The notes below the pieces were generated by a model. It was given only the letters and a program-made list of their open reading frames with translations. It had not been told where the DNA came from and searched no databases. Positions 1-9,963 of a stretch of DNA of 64,000 nucleotides are shown piece after piece; the stretch's first letter is position 1; each line of letters begins with the position of its first letter. Origin of the DNA: an uncultured delta proteobacterium (GTDB lineage: Bacteria; Desulfobacterota; Zymogenia; Zymogenales; Zymogenaceae); the NCBI GenBank assembly GCA_963735595.1, contig CAVTLK010000001.1:288001-352000 (forward strand). Direction: 5' to 3'. The position numbers were made by a program, and so were the translations under genes.

Positions 1-2
1 AG

Positions 3-686
3 CTTGGTGCGTCGGGATTCTCTCAGACGGATCTCGACCTGCTTATCTCCCTTTCTCATGAAGTTGCAATTGCGGTAGACAACGCGCGCCTCTACAATGA
101 GCTCAGGGAAACGTTTTATCAGACTGCCGAAGCTCTCGCGGATGCCATAGAAAAGCGCGATCCATATACGGGTAACCATACGAGACGCGTCATGCACTAC
201 TCTATGGCGATATCCCGATTTATGAATCTCACTGAGACCGAAATGGAAAACCTGAGACTTGCCGCTATCCTCCATGACATCGGTAAAATAGGGGTGGAGG
301 ACTCCGTTCTTCGAAAGGACACTGATCTTGATAGCGATGAATACCAAAAAATAGTCCGTCACCCTGACATCGGCGTAGATATACTCGGCCATATCAAATC
401 GCTGGAAGGCGTAATACCGGGTATCAAGTCACACCATGAGCGTATCGATGGAAAGGGCTATCCTGATATGATCATGGACGGAGATATACCGCTCATTGCC
501 AAGATAATCGCCGTGGCCGATACTTTTGACGCAATGACAACCGACCGTCCGTATCGATCGGCGCTATCCGAAAAGGAAGCGGTGGAGGAGCTTCAGCGAT
601 TCGCGGGAACCCAGTTTGACCTTGACGTGGTTAACGCGCTCGTTAAATCGTACGAAAACGGATACATCGCCAAGAATGTTGACTAA
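3..686 (+). CDS. GAF + HD-GYP domain cyclic-dinucleotide phosphodiesterase (5' partial)
   Basis: Frame is open from the window edge: GAF tail (FSQTDLDLLISLSHEVAIAVDNARLY), then KRDPYTGNH, LHDIGKIG, HHERIDGKGYP and AVADTFDAMTTDRPYR, the canonical HD-GYP motifs. Confidence 0.92.
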   Translation, partial: LGASGFSQTDLDLLISLSHEVAIAVDNARLYNELRETFYQTAEALADAIEKRDPYTGNHTRRVMHYSMAISRFMNLTETEMENLRLAAILHDIGKIGVEDSVLRKDTDLDSDEYQKIVRHPDIGVDILGHIKSLEGVIPGIKSHHERIDGKGYPDMIMDGDIPLIAKIIAVADTFDAMTTDRPYRSALSEKEAVEELQRFAGTQFDLDVVNALVKSYENGYIAKNVD

Positions 687-707
687 CGGCGATATATCAT
701 ATATAGT
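679..707 (+). promoter_or_regulatory. putative sigma70 promoter for the crp-PDE genes
   Basis: TTGACT-17 nt-TATAGT, 35 nt before the ATG at 743. Confidence 0.55.
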
Positions 708-742
708 AAATTAACTGACCGGGTAACGGTGCGGAGGAATTT

Positions 743-1399
743 ATGGTGGCCCAGGATATCCTGTTGCAGAAATTCGGCCGTGATTTCGAGAAAGGTACGA
801 TACTCTTTCACGAGGGTGATACCCGAAGCAAAGAGATGTACGTCATCCATAAGGGTAAGGTAAAGATATATAAGAAGGTCGGCAACCAGGAGACCGTACT
901 GGCATATCTGGGCCAGGGAGAGTTCTTTGGTGAAATGGCGATCCTTAATAATAAACCACGATCGGCGACGGCCGAGGTTGTCGAAAATGGAACCCTTTTG
1001 GTGATCGATCCCAAGACGTTTGAGACAATGATAAAGAATAACGCAGGGGTAGCCTTCAGGATGATCAAGAAGCTGGCCGACCGTATTGAGGAGACCGACA
1101 ATACGATTGAACGCCTGATGATAAAGGATACCAACAGCCGTGTCGTGCATGCACTTGAGAGCCTGGGAGAGTCTATCGGCGTTCGAAACGATGGCGAGCT
1201 CGTCGTTCCGCTTTCACAAGAGGAATTCCTATCCAGGGCGGGCGTCAGCTACGATCACGCCTCCGATATACTTGAGAAGTTGAAAAAAGCGAAGATTATT
1301 ACGGTATCGGCCGATGCCATCTGTATCCACGACATAGGCAAACTGAGGAAATTCGTCCAGTTCCTGATTCTCAAGGAACAATTTGGTGATTTGGATTAG
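743..1399 (+). CDS. Crp/Fnr-family cyclic-nucleotide-binding regulator
   Basis: cNMP-binding signature GEFFGEMAILNNKPRSATA; C-terminal Crp-type HTH region (PLSQEEFLSRAGVS...ILEKLKKAKII). Confidence 0.9.
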   Translation: MVAQDILLQKFGRDFEKGTILFHEGDTRSKEMYVIHKGKVKIYKKVGNQETVLAYLGQGEFFGEMAILNNKPRSATAEVVENGTLLVIDPKTFETMIKNNAGVAFRMIKKLADRIEETDNTIERLMIKDTNSRVVHALESLGESIGVRNDGELVVPLSQEEFLSRAGVSYDHASDILEKLKKAKIITVSADAICIHDIGKLRKFVQFLILKEQFGDLD

Positions 1400-1404
1400 C
1401 ACGT

Positions 1405-2169
1405 ATGGAAATCCGAGTATTAGGATGTAACGGTGGTATCCTCCCCGGTTTCCGATCTTCAAGTTTCCTGATCAATGAGCGGATACTCATCGATTCGGGA
1501 AACGTCGCGGATATTCTCACGCTCGAGGAACAAAACAGGATCAGGGATATCTTCGTTACCCATTTCCACCTCGATCACACGAAAGACATTGCCTTCCTGA
1601 CGGATAATGCTTTTGGGGATCATAATCTTCCCATCACCGTATACGGTACAGAACAAACCGTTTCTGATTTTAAGAAACACTATTTCAATAACGCGACCTG
1701 GCCCGATTTCACCAAGATCAATTCGGATGACCAACCGATCGTAAGGCTTGTCGCCATTAAAACAAAAGAGAAAACGGTGGCGGGTGGTATGGAAGTAACG
1801 CCTTTTATCGTCAACCACTCCATAGACGGGGTGGGCTATACCGTCCGAGACGGATCCACCGTTATCGTTTTTTCCGGGGACACCGGACCCACTGACGACT
1901 TATGGGATATAGTTAACGCCGATATGAACGTCAAGGCGGTCTTTGTGGAGACCTCGTTTCCAAATGAGCTCCAGGCGATAGCGGATGCGTCCGGTCATTT
2001 TACTCCGCAGACACTTGATGCTGACCTGAGGAAACTCACTAAGAGCACCATTCCGATATATCTCTATCATCTCAAACCGAGGTACCACGATACTATCGTC
2101 AAAGAGATCGAGGCGCTCAAACGGGACAATCTCATTATACTGCGAAATGATCTCCGCCTAACTTTCTGA
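1405..2169 (+). CDS. class II 3',5'-cyclic-nucleotide phosphodiesterase (MBL fold)
   Basis: MEIRVLGCNGG start, THFHLDH motif, FNNATWPDF, SGDTGPT, ETSFPN, SGHFTP and YHLKP are typical of this family. Confidence 0.85.
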   Translation: MEIRVLGCNGGILPGFRSSSFLINERILIDSGNVADILTLEEQNRIRDIFVTHFHLDHTKDIAFLTDNAFGDHNLPITVYGTEQTVSDFKKHYFNNATWPDFTKINSDDQPIVRLVAIKTKEKTVAGGMEVTPFIVNHSIDGVGYTVRDGSTVIVFSGDTGPTDDLWDIVNADMNVKAVFVETSFPNELQAIADASGHFTPQTLDADLRKLTKSTIPIYLYHLKPRYHDTIVKEIEALKRDNLIILRNDLRLTF

Positions 2170-2178
2170 GGAATCGTC

Positions 2179-3015
2179 TTGGCAATACGGAAAGAACAAT
2201 CAACGGGAGTCGGTATCGACGAACGAACTGCATGGGTGCGATGTCCCGGATGCAGCCGTATTCTTTTTTCGCGAGAAGCCACGAGGAACCTCTCGGTCTG
2301 TTCAGAATGCGGGTATCATTTTCGGATCGGGGCGCGCAGGCGAATTGAAATAACGGTTGACCCGGAAAGTTTTGAAGAGCTTTTCGATACTATCCTCACG
2401 TCCGACCCTCTCTCATTTGTGGACAGTAAGCCATACGCAAAGCGGATTGAGCAGGCTCGTGAAAAATCGGGCAATAACGAGGCCGTGATTGTGGGAAAGG
2501 CAGCGATCTTTGACCACCCGCTCATTGTATCTGTCATGGATTTTGATTTTATGGGCGGAAGCATGGGTAGCGTAGTAGGGGAGAAGGTGACCCGGGCCAT
2601 CGAGGAGGCTATCAATTCTTCGTTGCCGTTAGTATCGTTTACGGCTTCAGGCGGAGCCCGGATGCAAGAGGGACTTATATCACTGATGCAGATGGCCAAG
2701 ACGGCGGGCGCGGTGGCCCGTATGCGGGTAAAACGCCTGCCGTTCATATCGGTACTTACCGACCCAACCACCGGCGGAGTGGCGGCGAGTTTTGGAATGC
2801 TCGGTGATATAAGCATAGCGGAGCCGGGCGCGCTTATTGGATTTGCAGGCAGGCGCGTTATAGAACAGACGATCAACCAGAAGCCGCCGGAAAACTTCCA
2901 AAAAGCCGAGGAACTGATACGCCATGGAATAATCGACATGATCCTCGAAAGAAAACACGTCCGCCCAACGATCGGCCGGCTTCTTGACTACCTGAGTTCC
3001 GATACCGCCCGATAG
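2179..3015 (+). CDS. accD: acetyl-CoA carboxylase carboxyltransferase beta subunit
   Basis: N-terminal Zn finger (CPGC...CSECGYH), FMGGSMGSVVGEK, SGGARMQEG, PTTGGVAASF. Confidence 0.96.
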   Translation: MAIRKEQSTGVGIDERTAWVRCPGCSRILFSREATRNLSVCSECGYHFRIGARRRIEITVDPESFEELFDTILTSDPLSFVDSKPYAKRIEQAREKSGNNEAVIVGKAAIFDHPLIVSVMDFDFMGGSMGSVVGEKVTRAIEEAINSSLPLVSFTASGGARMQEGLISLMQMAKTAGAVARMRVKRLPFISVLTDPTTGGVAASFGMLGDISIAEPGALIGFAGRRVIEQTINQKPPENFQKAEELIRHGIIDMILERKHVRPTIGRLLDYLSSDTAR

Positions 3016-3114
3016 TTAGAGATCTACCGGAAGCTACAGGGCCCATCTACGTTTCCCGTTTAAATCACGATAACCGAGCGACATAATGTCTCATACAATA
3101 TTGGTCGTATATAG

Positions 3115-4422
3115 ATGAGCCCTTATACCGCGTCAGATGCCGATATCTCCGGCCAATTATTATATCTCGAGGAGTTGACCGGGCGCGGGATTCGCACTGA
3201 CTTAGCTCCCATGCGAACGGCGCTGTCACTGCTGGATAACCCCGAACGGAAGGTTCGGACAGTCATCGTGGGAGGAACCAACGGTAAAGGGTCGACAGTA
3301 GCCATGATCGGCAGTATTATTAGGCATGCCGAATATCCCGTTGGCTGCTACTACTCTCCACATATCCTGGACGTGCGGGAAAGGATCGATCTTAACGGGC
3401 GACCGATCTCACCGGCCGATATGGCCTGCCTCATCAGGAGGGTCAAAGGTGAAATCGCGGGACATGTCGAATTAACCTATTTCGAGTTCCTGACTGTTTC
3501 GGCTTACTTGTGGTTTGCCGAGAAGAAGGTGGATCTTTCCGTTATGGAGGTGGGAATGGGGGGGCGATTCGACGCCACGAATGTCGCGGACCCGCTCGTT
3601 TCGGTGATCACGACGGTAGCCCTCGACCATACTCAGTATCTCGGCGATACGGAGGAGGCCATTGCGCTCGAGAAGGTTCAGATTGTCCCACGGAACGGAA
3701 TTGTAGTAGCGGGGAGGGTAAGTGAGGAGGTAGCATCGGTGATACAGGATCACGCGAGAGAAAAGAATGCCGAGGTCATCCTGTTGGGCAGGGATTTTAA
3801 GGCTGTCCGAAACGCGGGAACGGACTCCGGTGCTGTCAATAGTATGCGGTATCGCGGTTTGTCGGTTCGGCTTAACGATGTTTATGTTCCTCTTGCCGGG
3901 AGACATCAGATAGACAACGCGGCGGTGGCACTGGCGGTAATAGAAGTACTGGGCCGAAAGGGATTCACGATACCTGAACGGGCGGTCAGACAGGGTATTG
4001 CGTCGGTACGCCTTTCCGGAAGGATCCAGCGGATCACGGACGTTCCCGAGGTGATCGTTGACGTCGCCCACAACCCGTCGGGAGCCCGGGTCCTGGCGCG
4101 CTATATTCGTGCGCTGCCGAAAAAAAGGACGGCCGTCGTCGTGGGGATGATGGCCGACAAGGACATCGGCGGATTTATCCGAGAAATCGACGGCATGGCC
4201 GACACATTGGTCCTTACGCAACCCCGCGTTGAACGGGCGGCGTCAATTCAGACGCTCACAGCGGCGCTGGGCTCTCCGGGAAAGCAGTTTCGTATGATCC
4301 AGAGTGTCGGTGAAGCGGTCGATTGGGCAAGGTCCGCAGTCGGCAAGGAAGGGCGTGTCGTCATTACCGGCTCGTTCTATACCGTCCAGGAGGCAATGGA
4401 ACGGATCAACGTGGCGCCTTAG
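3115..4422 (+). CDS. folC: folylpolyglutamate synthase/dihydrofolate synthase
   Basis: GTNGKGS P-loop, SPH, EVGMGGRFDATN, DVAHNP, TGSFY; follows accD. Confidence 0.95.
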   Translation: MSPYTASDADISGQLLYLEELTGRGIRTDLAPMRTALSLLDNPERKVRTVIVGGTNGKGSTVAMIGSIIRHAEYPVGCYYSPHILDVRERIDLNGRPISPADMACLIRRVKGEIAGHVELTYFEFLTVSAYLWFAEKKVDLSVMEVGMGGRFDATNVADPLVSVITTVALDHTQYLGDTEEAIALEKVQIVPRNGIVVAGRVSEEVASVIQDHAREKNAEVILLGRDFKAVRNAGTDSGAVNSMRYRGLSVRLNDVYVPLAGRHQIDNAAVALAVIEVLGRKGFTIPERAVRQGIASVRLSGRIQRITDVPEVIVDVAHNPSGARVLARYIRALPKKRTAVVVGMMADKDIGGFIREIDGMADTLVLTQPRVERAASIQTLTAALGSPGKQFRMIQSVGEAVDWARSAVGKEGRVVITGSFYTVQEAMERINVAP

Positions 4423-4558
4423 GCGTGATCGAGTGAGTCCCTCGTGGAGGGTCTTACGCATAGACGGGGGCGCCTACTCGAAAAGTATGGCCAGGCCGCC
4501 TCGCCATCGGCAGGGCGTCCATATTAGGAACGACGGTCATAAATAGACCGCAATTAGA

Positions 4559-4587
4559 TTGACAATCAGGCATGATTTCTCTATCAT
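4559..4587 (+). promoter_or_regulatory. putative sigma70 promoter for the coaBC operon
   Basis: TTGACA-17 nt-TATCAT. Confidence 0.6.
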
Positions 4588-4631
4588 ACAAAATAACAAA
4601 TAACCTATCCAAACGGCAGATTTCCAATAGT

Positions 4632-5834
4632 ATGACCGAACCGAGAACTATCGTCCTGGGCGTAACGGGCGCGATTGCAGCCTATAAGGCCTGCGAGCTT
4701 ACGCGCCTGTTCATCAGGGGAGGGTATACCGTTCACGTCATCATGACTGAGCACGCCCGGGCTTTCGTTTCACCCCTTACCTTCTCGACGCTTTCGGGCA
4801 ATCCGGTCGCCGGGGAAATGTTCGATGGCCAGGCGCCGGAGACAATTAAGCATATCGATCTTGCCGATGAGGCAGACCTCATCGTAGTGGCCCCCGCCAC
4901 CGCAAATATCATCGCCAAGGTCTCGGCGGGGATAGCCGATGACTTATTGAGCACGGTTATCCTGGCAACCAAGGCCCCCGTCCTCTTCGCACCATCGATG
5001 AACGTCAACATGTACGAGAACCCGATAACTCAGGGTAACATAAATCGGCTCTCGGAGCTTGGATTTCAATTCGTTGAACCGGGGGTGGGATGGCTCGCCT
5101 GCGGTTGGGAAGGCAAAGGAAGGCTCGCCGAGCCTGATCGGATATTTGAGCGTGCCGTAACCCTTTTGACCGAGCAAGACCTTTCGGGCATGAAGGTTCT
5201 GGTAACAGCCGGCCCGACACGCGAGGCGATCGATCCCGTCCGATTCATCAGCAACCGTTCTACCGGCAAGATGGGATACGCAGTGGCATCCCGGGCCGTA
5301 TGCCGGGGTGCGCAGGTCGTCCTCATCTCGGGACCGTCGCACATCGAGGCGCCGGCGGGCGTCGAGCTGGTAGATGTAATAAGCGCAGGCGATATGGCGC
5401 GGGCAGTTACGGATCGTTTCGGCTGGGCCGATGTCGTCATAAAGGCGGCGGCCGTTTCGGACTTTACGCCGGCCAACCCCTGCGATCAGAAGATGAAGAA
5501 AGACGACTGTGGCGACACGATTAAACTCTCCCGTACGGAGGATATACTGCTCGGGCTCGGGAAGATCAAGGGAAATTCGATATTGGTGGGATTCGCCGCC
5601 GAAACCGAAGAGGTGCCGGCTAATGCCAGGAAGAAGCTCATCGAGAAGAATCTCGACATAATCGTGGCCAACGATGTATCAGGAAAAGACTCGGGATTTG
5701 CCGTTGATACGAACATCGTGAGGATTATCCAGCGCGAAGGACCGGAAATGGAGCTTCCCCTTATGAAAAAGGAGGAGGTTGCCGACGAGATACTCAACAG
5801 GGTCAGGAAACTGTGGAAAAAGACGCACCGATAG
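4632..5834 (+). CDS. coaBC: phosphopantothenoylcysteine decarboxylase/ligase CoaBC
   Basis: GVTGAIAAYKA, APATANIIAK, PSMNVNMY, LACG..GKGRLAE, TAGPTREAIDPVRFISNRSTGKMG; start placed at ATG 4632, downstream of the promoter. Confidence 0.96.
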   Translation: MTEPRTIVLGVTGAIAAYKACELTRLFIRGGYTVHVIMTEHARAFVSPLTFSTLSGNPVAGEMFDGQAPETIKHIDLADEADLIVVAPATANIIAKVSAGIADDLLSTVILATKAPVLFAPSMNVNMYENPITQGNINRLSELGFQFVEPGVGWLACGWEGKGRLAEPDRIFERAVTLLTEQDLSGMKVLVTAGPTREAIDPVRFISNRSTGKMGYAVASRAVCRGAQVVLISGPSHIEAPAGVELVDVISAGDMARAVTDRFGWADVVIKAAAVSDFTPANPCDQKMKKDDCGDTIKLSRTEDILLGLGKIKGNSILVGFAAETEEVPANARKKLIEKNLDIIVANDVSGKDSGFAVDTNIVRIIQREGPEMELPLMKKEEVADEILNRVRKLWKKTHR

Positions 5835-6511
5835 GGGCGGTATCGAGGTCAATCCGATCGCACCTCGAGTACCTCAGGGATTTGGGGATTGAGAATATTC
5901 CTAAACGGGAGGGGCAGGATAGCGTGACGGCCGCTCCTCCGCCGACATTGGATGCGATCAGGGAAGAAATGGGCGATTGCAGGCGATGTAAGCTCTGGGA
6001 GGGCAGGAGAAATCTCGTATTCGGCGAGGGTAATCCGGATGCCTCGTTGATGTTCGTGGGGGAGGCGCCCGGTGCCGATGAGGATGCTCAGGGACGCCCG
6101 TTTGTCGGAAGGGCGGGACAGCTTTTGACCAAAATCATCGAGGCCATTGATATGAAGCGGGCCGACGTCTATATCGCTAACATAGTCAAATCGCGCCCCC
6201 CGAACAATAGGGCCCCGGAGCCGGATGAGGTGGTCGCGTGTATCCCGTTTCTACGAAAACAGATAGCGGCTATAGCCCCCCAGATTATCGTGACCCTGGG
6301 GTCCGTGGCCACGAATAATCTTCTCTCCGCCTCATTCTCCATTACCAAGGTGAGAGGGGAGTTCAGACAAATGGGCGCAATCCTGGTCATGCCGACCTTC
6401 CATCCGAGCTATCTCTTACGCAATCCCGCGGCCAAGCGGGAAGTATGGGAGGATATGAAGAAGGTCAGGGACCGTCTACGCCTTATAGAAAGGAGTGATT
6501 CGGGTGCGTAA
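5813..6511 (+). CDS. uracil-DNA glycosylase, family 4
   Basis: CRRCKL, GEAPGADED, PFVGRAG, TFHPSYLLR. Confidence 0.93.
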   Translation: MEKDAPIGAVSRSIRSHLEYLRDLGIENIPKREGQDSVTAAPPPTLDAIREEMGDCRRCKLWEGRRNLVFGEGNPDASLMFVGEAPGADEDAQGRPFVGRAGQLLTKIIEAIDMKRADVYIANIVKSRPPNNRAPEPDEVVACIPFLRKQIAAIAPQIIVTLGSVATNNLLSASFSITKVRGEFRQMGAILVMPTFHPSYLLRNPAAKREVWEDMKKVRDRLRLIERSDSGA

Positions 6512-7809
6512 ACTATTGGTATTTGTACATATCGCAATTCTTGCCGCCGGTATCCTGCTGACGGCCGTGCCGGTAATATTCGGCCAGCCTGCGGGGCCTG
6601 CGCCCGTGAGCGTACTCACGGTTAAGGGGGTCATAAATCCTGTCTCCGCGGAATATCTCATCGAAGGGATCACCGATGCAGGCAACGACGGGTATCAGGC
6701 GGTCATCATTGAGCTCGATACTCCGGGAGGCCTGGACGATTCTATGAGAGACATTATCCAGACGATGATCGGCGCGAAGATCCCCGTCATCGTTTACGTT
6801 CATCCTTCAGGCGGGCGGGCGGCGTCGGCCGGGGCCTTCATAACGATTGCTGCGGATGTCGCCGTCATGACGCCCGGGACCAACATTGGCGCGGCCTCGC
6901 CAGTATCTATCGGCGAGACGATGGACGAGACGATGAAGGCAAAGGTCACCAACGATGCCGCGGCCTATATAACAGGTCTGGCCAACAACAATAATAGGAA
7001 CGTCGAGATCGCCCGGAAGATGGTTACAGAGGCAATATCCATACCGTCCGATGAAGCCCTTTCGGAAAATATTGTTGACTTTATCGCCACGGATAGAGCC
7101 GAGCTGATCGATAGACTTGACGGAACCACCATTACCGCGGCCAAGGGAGATTTCACCTTACAACTCAAGGGCGCCGATATTGTAGAGAACCCAATGGGAT
7201 TCCGATTCGAGTTTCTCTATATACTCTCAAATCCCAACATCGCTTACATTCTTATGATGCTGGGGATTATGGGTCTCTACTTTGAGTTGTCCAACCCGGG
7301 GACTATTTTGCCGGGCGTTATCGGCGGAATATGCCTGGTTCTGGCCTTTTACTCGTTTCAGACGCTTCCGGTCAATTATGCGGGTGTCTTGCTTATCCTG
7401 TTCGCGGCGCTTGCTATTTATCCTTGAAATCAAAGCGCCTACCCACGGTTTCCTGGCGATCGGCGGGGTGATTGCCCTTTTGTTCGGATCGATTCTCCTG
7501 TTTGACACGAAAGTGGAATTTCTCAGGGTATCTATGAAAGTTATTCTGCCGACCGTTATCGGGGTGACTCTCTTTTTCGTCCTGGTGATATTGCTTGCAG
7601 TCAGGGCATATAAGAGAAAACCGACCACCGGGACGGAGGGTATTCTCGGGGAAATAGGCGTCGCCAAGTCGCGTATAGACGGGGAAGGCGGCCGTGTTTT
7701 CGTTCATGGCGAGTGGTGGGACGCGACCAGCGATGATCCCATCCCCGAGGGTGCCAAGGTCGAGGTCATCGAAAGCAAGAACCTCTCCATCAGAGTAAGA
7801 AAGATCTGA
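6495..7809 (+). CDS. nfeD: NfeD-family membrane-bound serine protease (one frameshift near 7410)
   Basis: ELDTPGGL, GRAASAG and PGTNIGAASP plus a TM region in ORF 6495..7427; C-terminal OB domain (GRVFVHGEWW) in overlapping ORF 7282..7809. Confidence 0.88.
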
Positions 7810-7828
7810 GACGACCTCCCGGAAATTG

Positions 7829-8830
7829 ATGACAGAGAACAATACGGGCCCTCTCGGTTATCTCGGGGGGGCTGGACAGCATATTGGCCACGCGCATTGT
7901 CATGGATCAGGGCGTGGACGTGACGGCGATTAACTTCGTCTCGCCTTTTTTCGGATCGGAAAGCGAGCGCGCTCACGGCGCGTATGGCCGATCGTTACGG
8001 TATCCGCGCGATAGTCGGTCGATATCGGCGACAGTTACCTCGCGATGCTCTCGTCGCCGCAATATGGGTATGGCAAGAACTTCAACCCGTGCGTGGACTG
8101 CAAGATTCTTCTGTTTTCGACGGCGCTCCTGATGATGGAACGGTTCGGGGCCCGGTTTATCGTAACCGGAGAGGTGCTGGGCCAGCGGCCGATGTCGCAG
8201 AGGCGCGATACCCTCAGGGTAATAGAACGTGATTCGTTTACGAGCGGCCTATTGCTGCGCCCTCTATCGGCCCAGCTGCTCAAACCGACGATAGCGGAAT
8301 TAAACGGATGGGTAAGGAGGAATGAGCTCTTCGCGTTTTCGGGGAGATCCCGAAAACCCCAGATTGAGCTCGCGTCACGACTCGGAATCACTGGTTACCC
8401 GGCCCCCGCGGGAGGCTGCTGCCTGACCGATCCGATTCTATCGAAAAGAATCAGGCGCCTCTATGCGATGAGGGGGCGGCCCGAGGCCCGCGAGGTGGCG
8501 CTTATACAGATCGGAAGACCCTTTTTGCTTGGGGAAACGGCGATATTGACGATTGGCAGGAACGAGGAAGAAAACGGGCGAATCGGCAAAATAGCGGGAA
8601 ACCAGGCTCTCTTTCTGAGGACCGTTGACGTTCCGGGCCCGGCAGGGGTCATTTTCGGAGCGGCCACGGACGAAGATATCCGTCGGGCTGTGGCCGTTAT
8701 AGCCTATTATACAAAGGGACGTAACTTGCCAACGGTCAATATTGGGGTCGGTAGTTACGAAGATTCGCTCAGAACCGTGGGTGGAACTATCCGGGCCGGA
8801 GCCCAGGAAGTAGAGGCAATGAAATTCTGA
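7829..8830 (+). CDS. PP-loop tRNA sulfurtransferase-like protein (ThiI-related); frameshifts in the 5' part
   Basis: Reconstructed ...GGLDSILATR PP-loop, GKNFNPCVDCK, TGEVLGQRPMSQ, PAGGCCLTD. Confidence 0.75.
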
Positions 8831-8890
8831 TTCCAACGGTAACGGTACAAGAGAGGATATGTCTGTTTTTAAGATTCATTGAGGAAAACA

Positions 8891-9886
8891 ATGCGAAGAT
8901 CACGGATACTGTCAACGGGGCGGTACCTCCCGCCGAAGGTCGTCACAAACCACGACCTGGCCAGAGTCATTAACACCACCGACCAATGGATTCAGGAACG
9001 CTCCGGCATCGTCGAGAGGCGATACGTGGAAGGGGAGGTGGGGGCATCCGACCTTGGTTTTGAGGCGGCTAAAATCGCCATCGATCGTGCGGGTTTAAAA
9101 CCTGCCGAAATCGATATGATCATATTTGCGACGCTAAGCCCGGATCATTGCTTTCCCGGCTCGGGATGCCTGCTCCAGAAAATGCTGGATATCCCGGGAA
9201 AGGCGGTGGTCGATATCAGGAACCAGTGTACCGGGTTCCTGTACGGTATGTCGATTGCCGACCAGTTTATAAAAACCGGCATGTTTGACAAAATCCTCGT
9301 TGTAGGGGCCGAAGTCCATTCAACAGGGCTGGAATTTGACGACTCCGGCAGGGACGTAACAGTCCTGTTTGGGGACGGCGGCGGGGCTATGGTTATCGGC
9401 GTCAGCGATGATCAGAATCGCGGCATCCTGTCGACTCACCTGCATGCCGATGGCAGGGGCTTCAGGGACCTCTGGATCGAAGCTCCTAACAGCCGATGTA
9501 TGCCGCGCATTACCCATCAGATGCTCGACGAAGGCCGGCAGTGGCCCAGGATGAACGGAAAAAACGTCTTTAAAGGCGCCGTTACCCGACTTCCCGAGGT
9601 TATTAATGAGGCCCTGACGGCAAATAGCGTAAAGCTCGAAGATATCGCCTATCTGGTACCGCACCAGGCAAATATGCGCATCAATCAGTTCGTCGCTCAC
9701 AAGCTCGGCTATCCGCAGGAAAAAGTCTGGCACAATATCCAGCGCTACGGCAACACCACCGCGGCGACGCTTCCGTTATGCCTGGACGAGATGCTTGAGC
9801 AAGGCGTGGTCAAAGACAATGACCTACTGCTATTTGCCGCCTTCGGGGCCGGATTCACGTGGGGATCTGCGCTCGTGAGGTGGTAA
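8891..9886 (+). CDS. fabH: 3-oxoacyl-ACP synthase III
   Basis: Catalytic C (NQCTGF), H (PHQAN) and N (YGNT); LFGDG; GAGFTWG. Confidence 0.93.
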   Translation: MRRSRILSTGRYLPPKVVTNHDLARVINTTDQWIQERSGIVERRYVEGEVGASDLGFEAAKIAIDRAGLKPAEIDMIIFATLSPDHCFPGSGCLLQKMLDIPGKAVVDIRNQCTGFLYGMSIADQFIKTGMFDKILVVGAEVHSTGLEFDDSGRDVTVLFGDGGGAMVIGVSDDQNRGILSTHLHADGRGFRDLWIEAPNSRCMPRITHQMLDEGRQWPRMNGKNVFKGAVTRLPEVINEALTANSVKLEDIAYLVPHQANMRINQFVAHKLGYPQEKVWHNIQRYGNTTAATLPLCLDEMLEQGVVKDNDLLLFAAFGAGFTWGSALVRW

Positions 9887-9963
9887 AAGATTCATTGTTA
9901 ATTGTCTTATCGACGGGCGGGAGCGGGATAACATCCCCCCCGCCTTCGTAATATGGGGAAGAT

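Noticed and set aside
9913..9949. Hairpin between fabH and mutS as a terminator or REP-like element
   Set aside because: An imperfect GC stem is present but has no U-tract, and no second copy was recognised.
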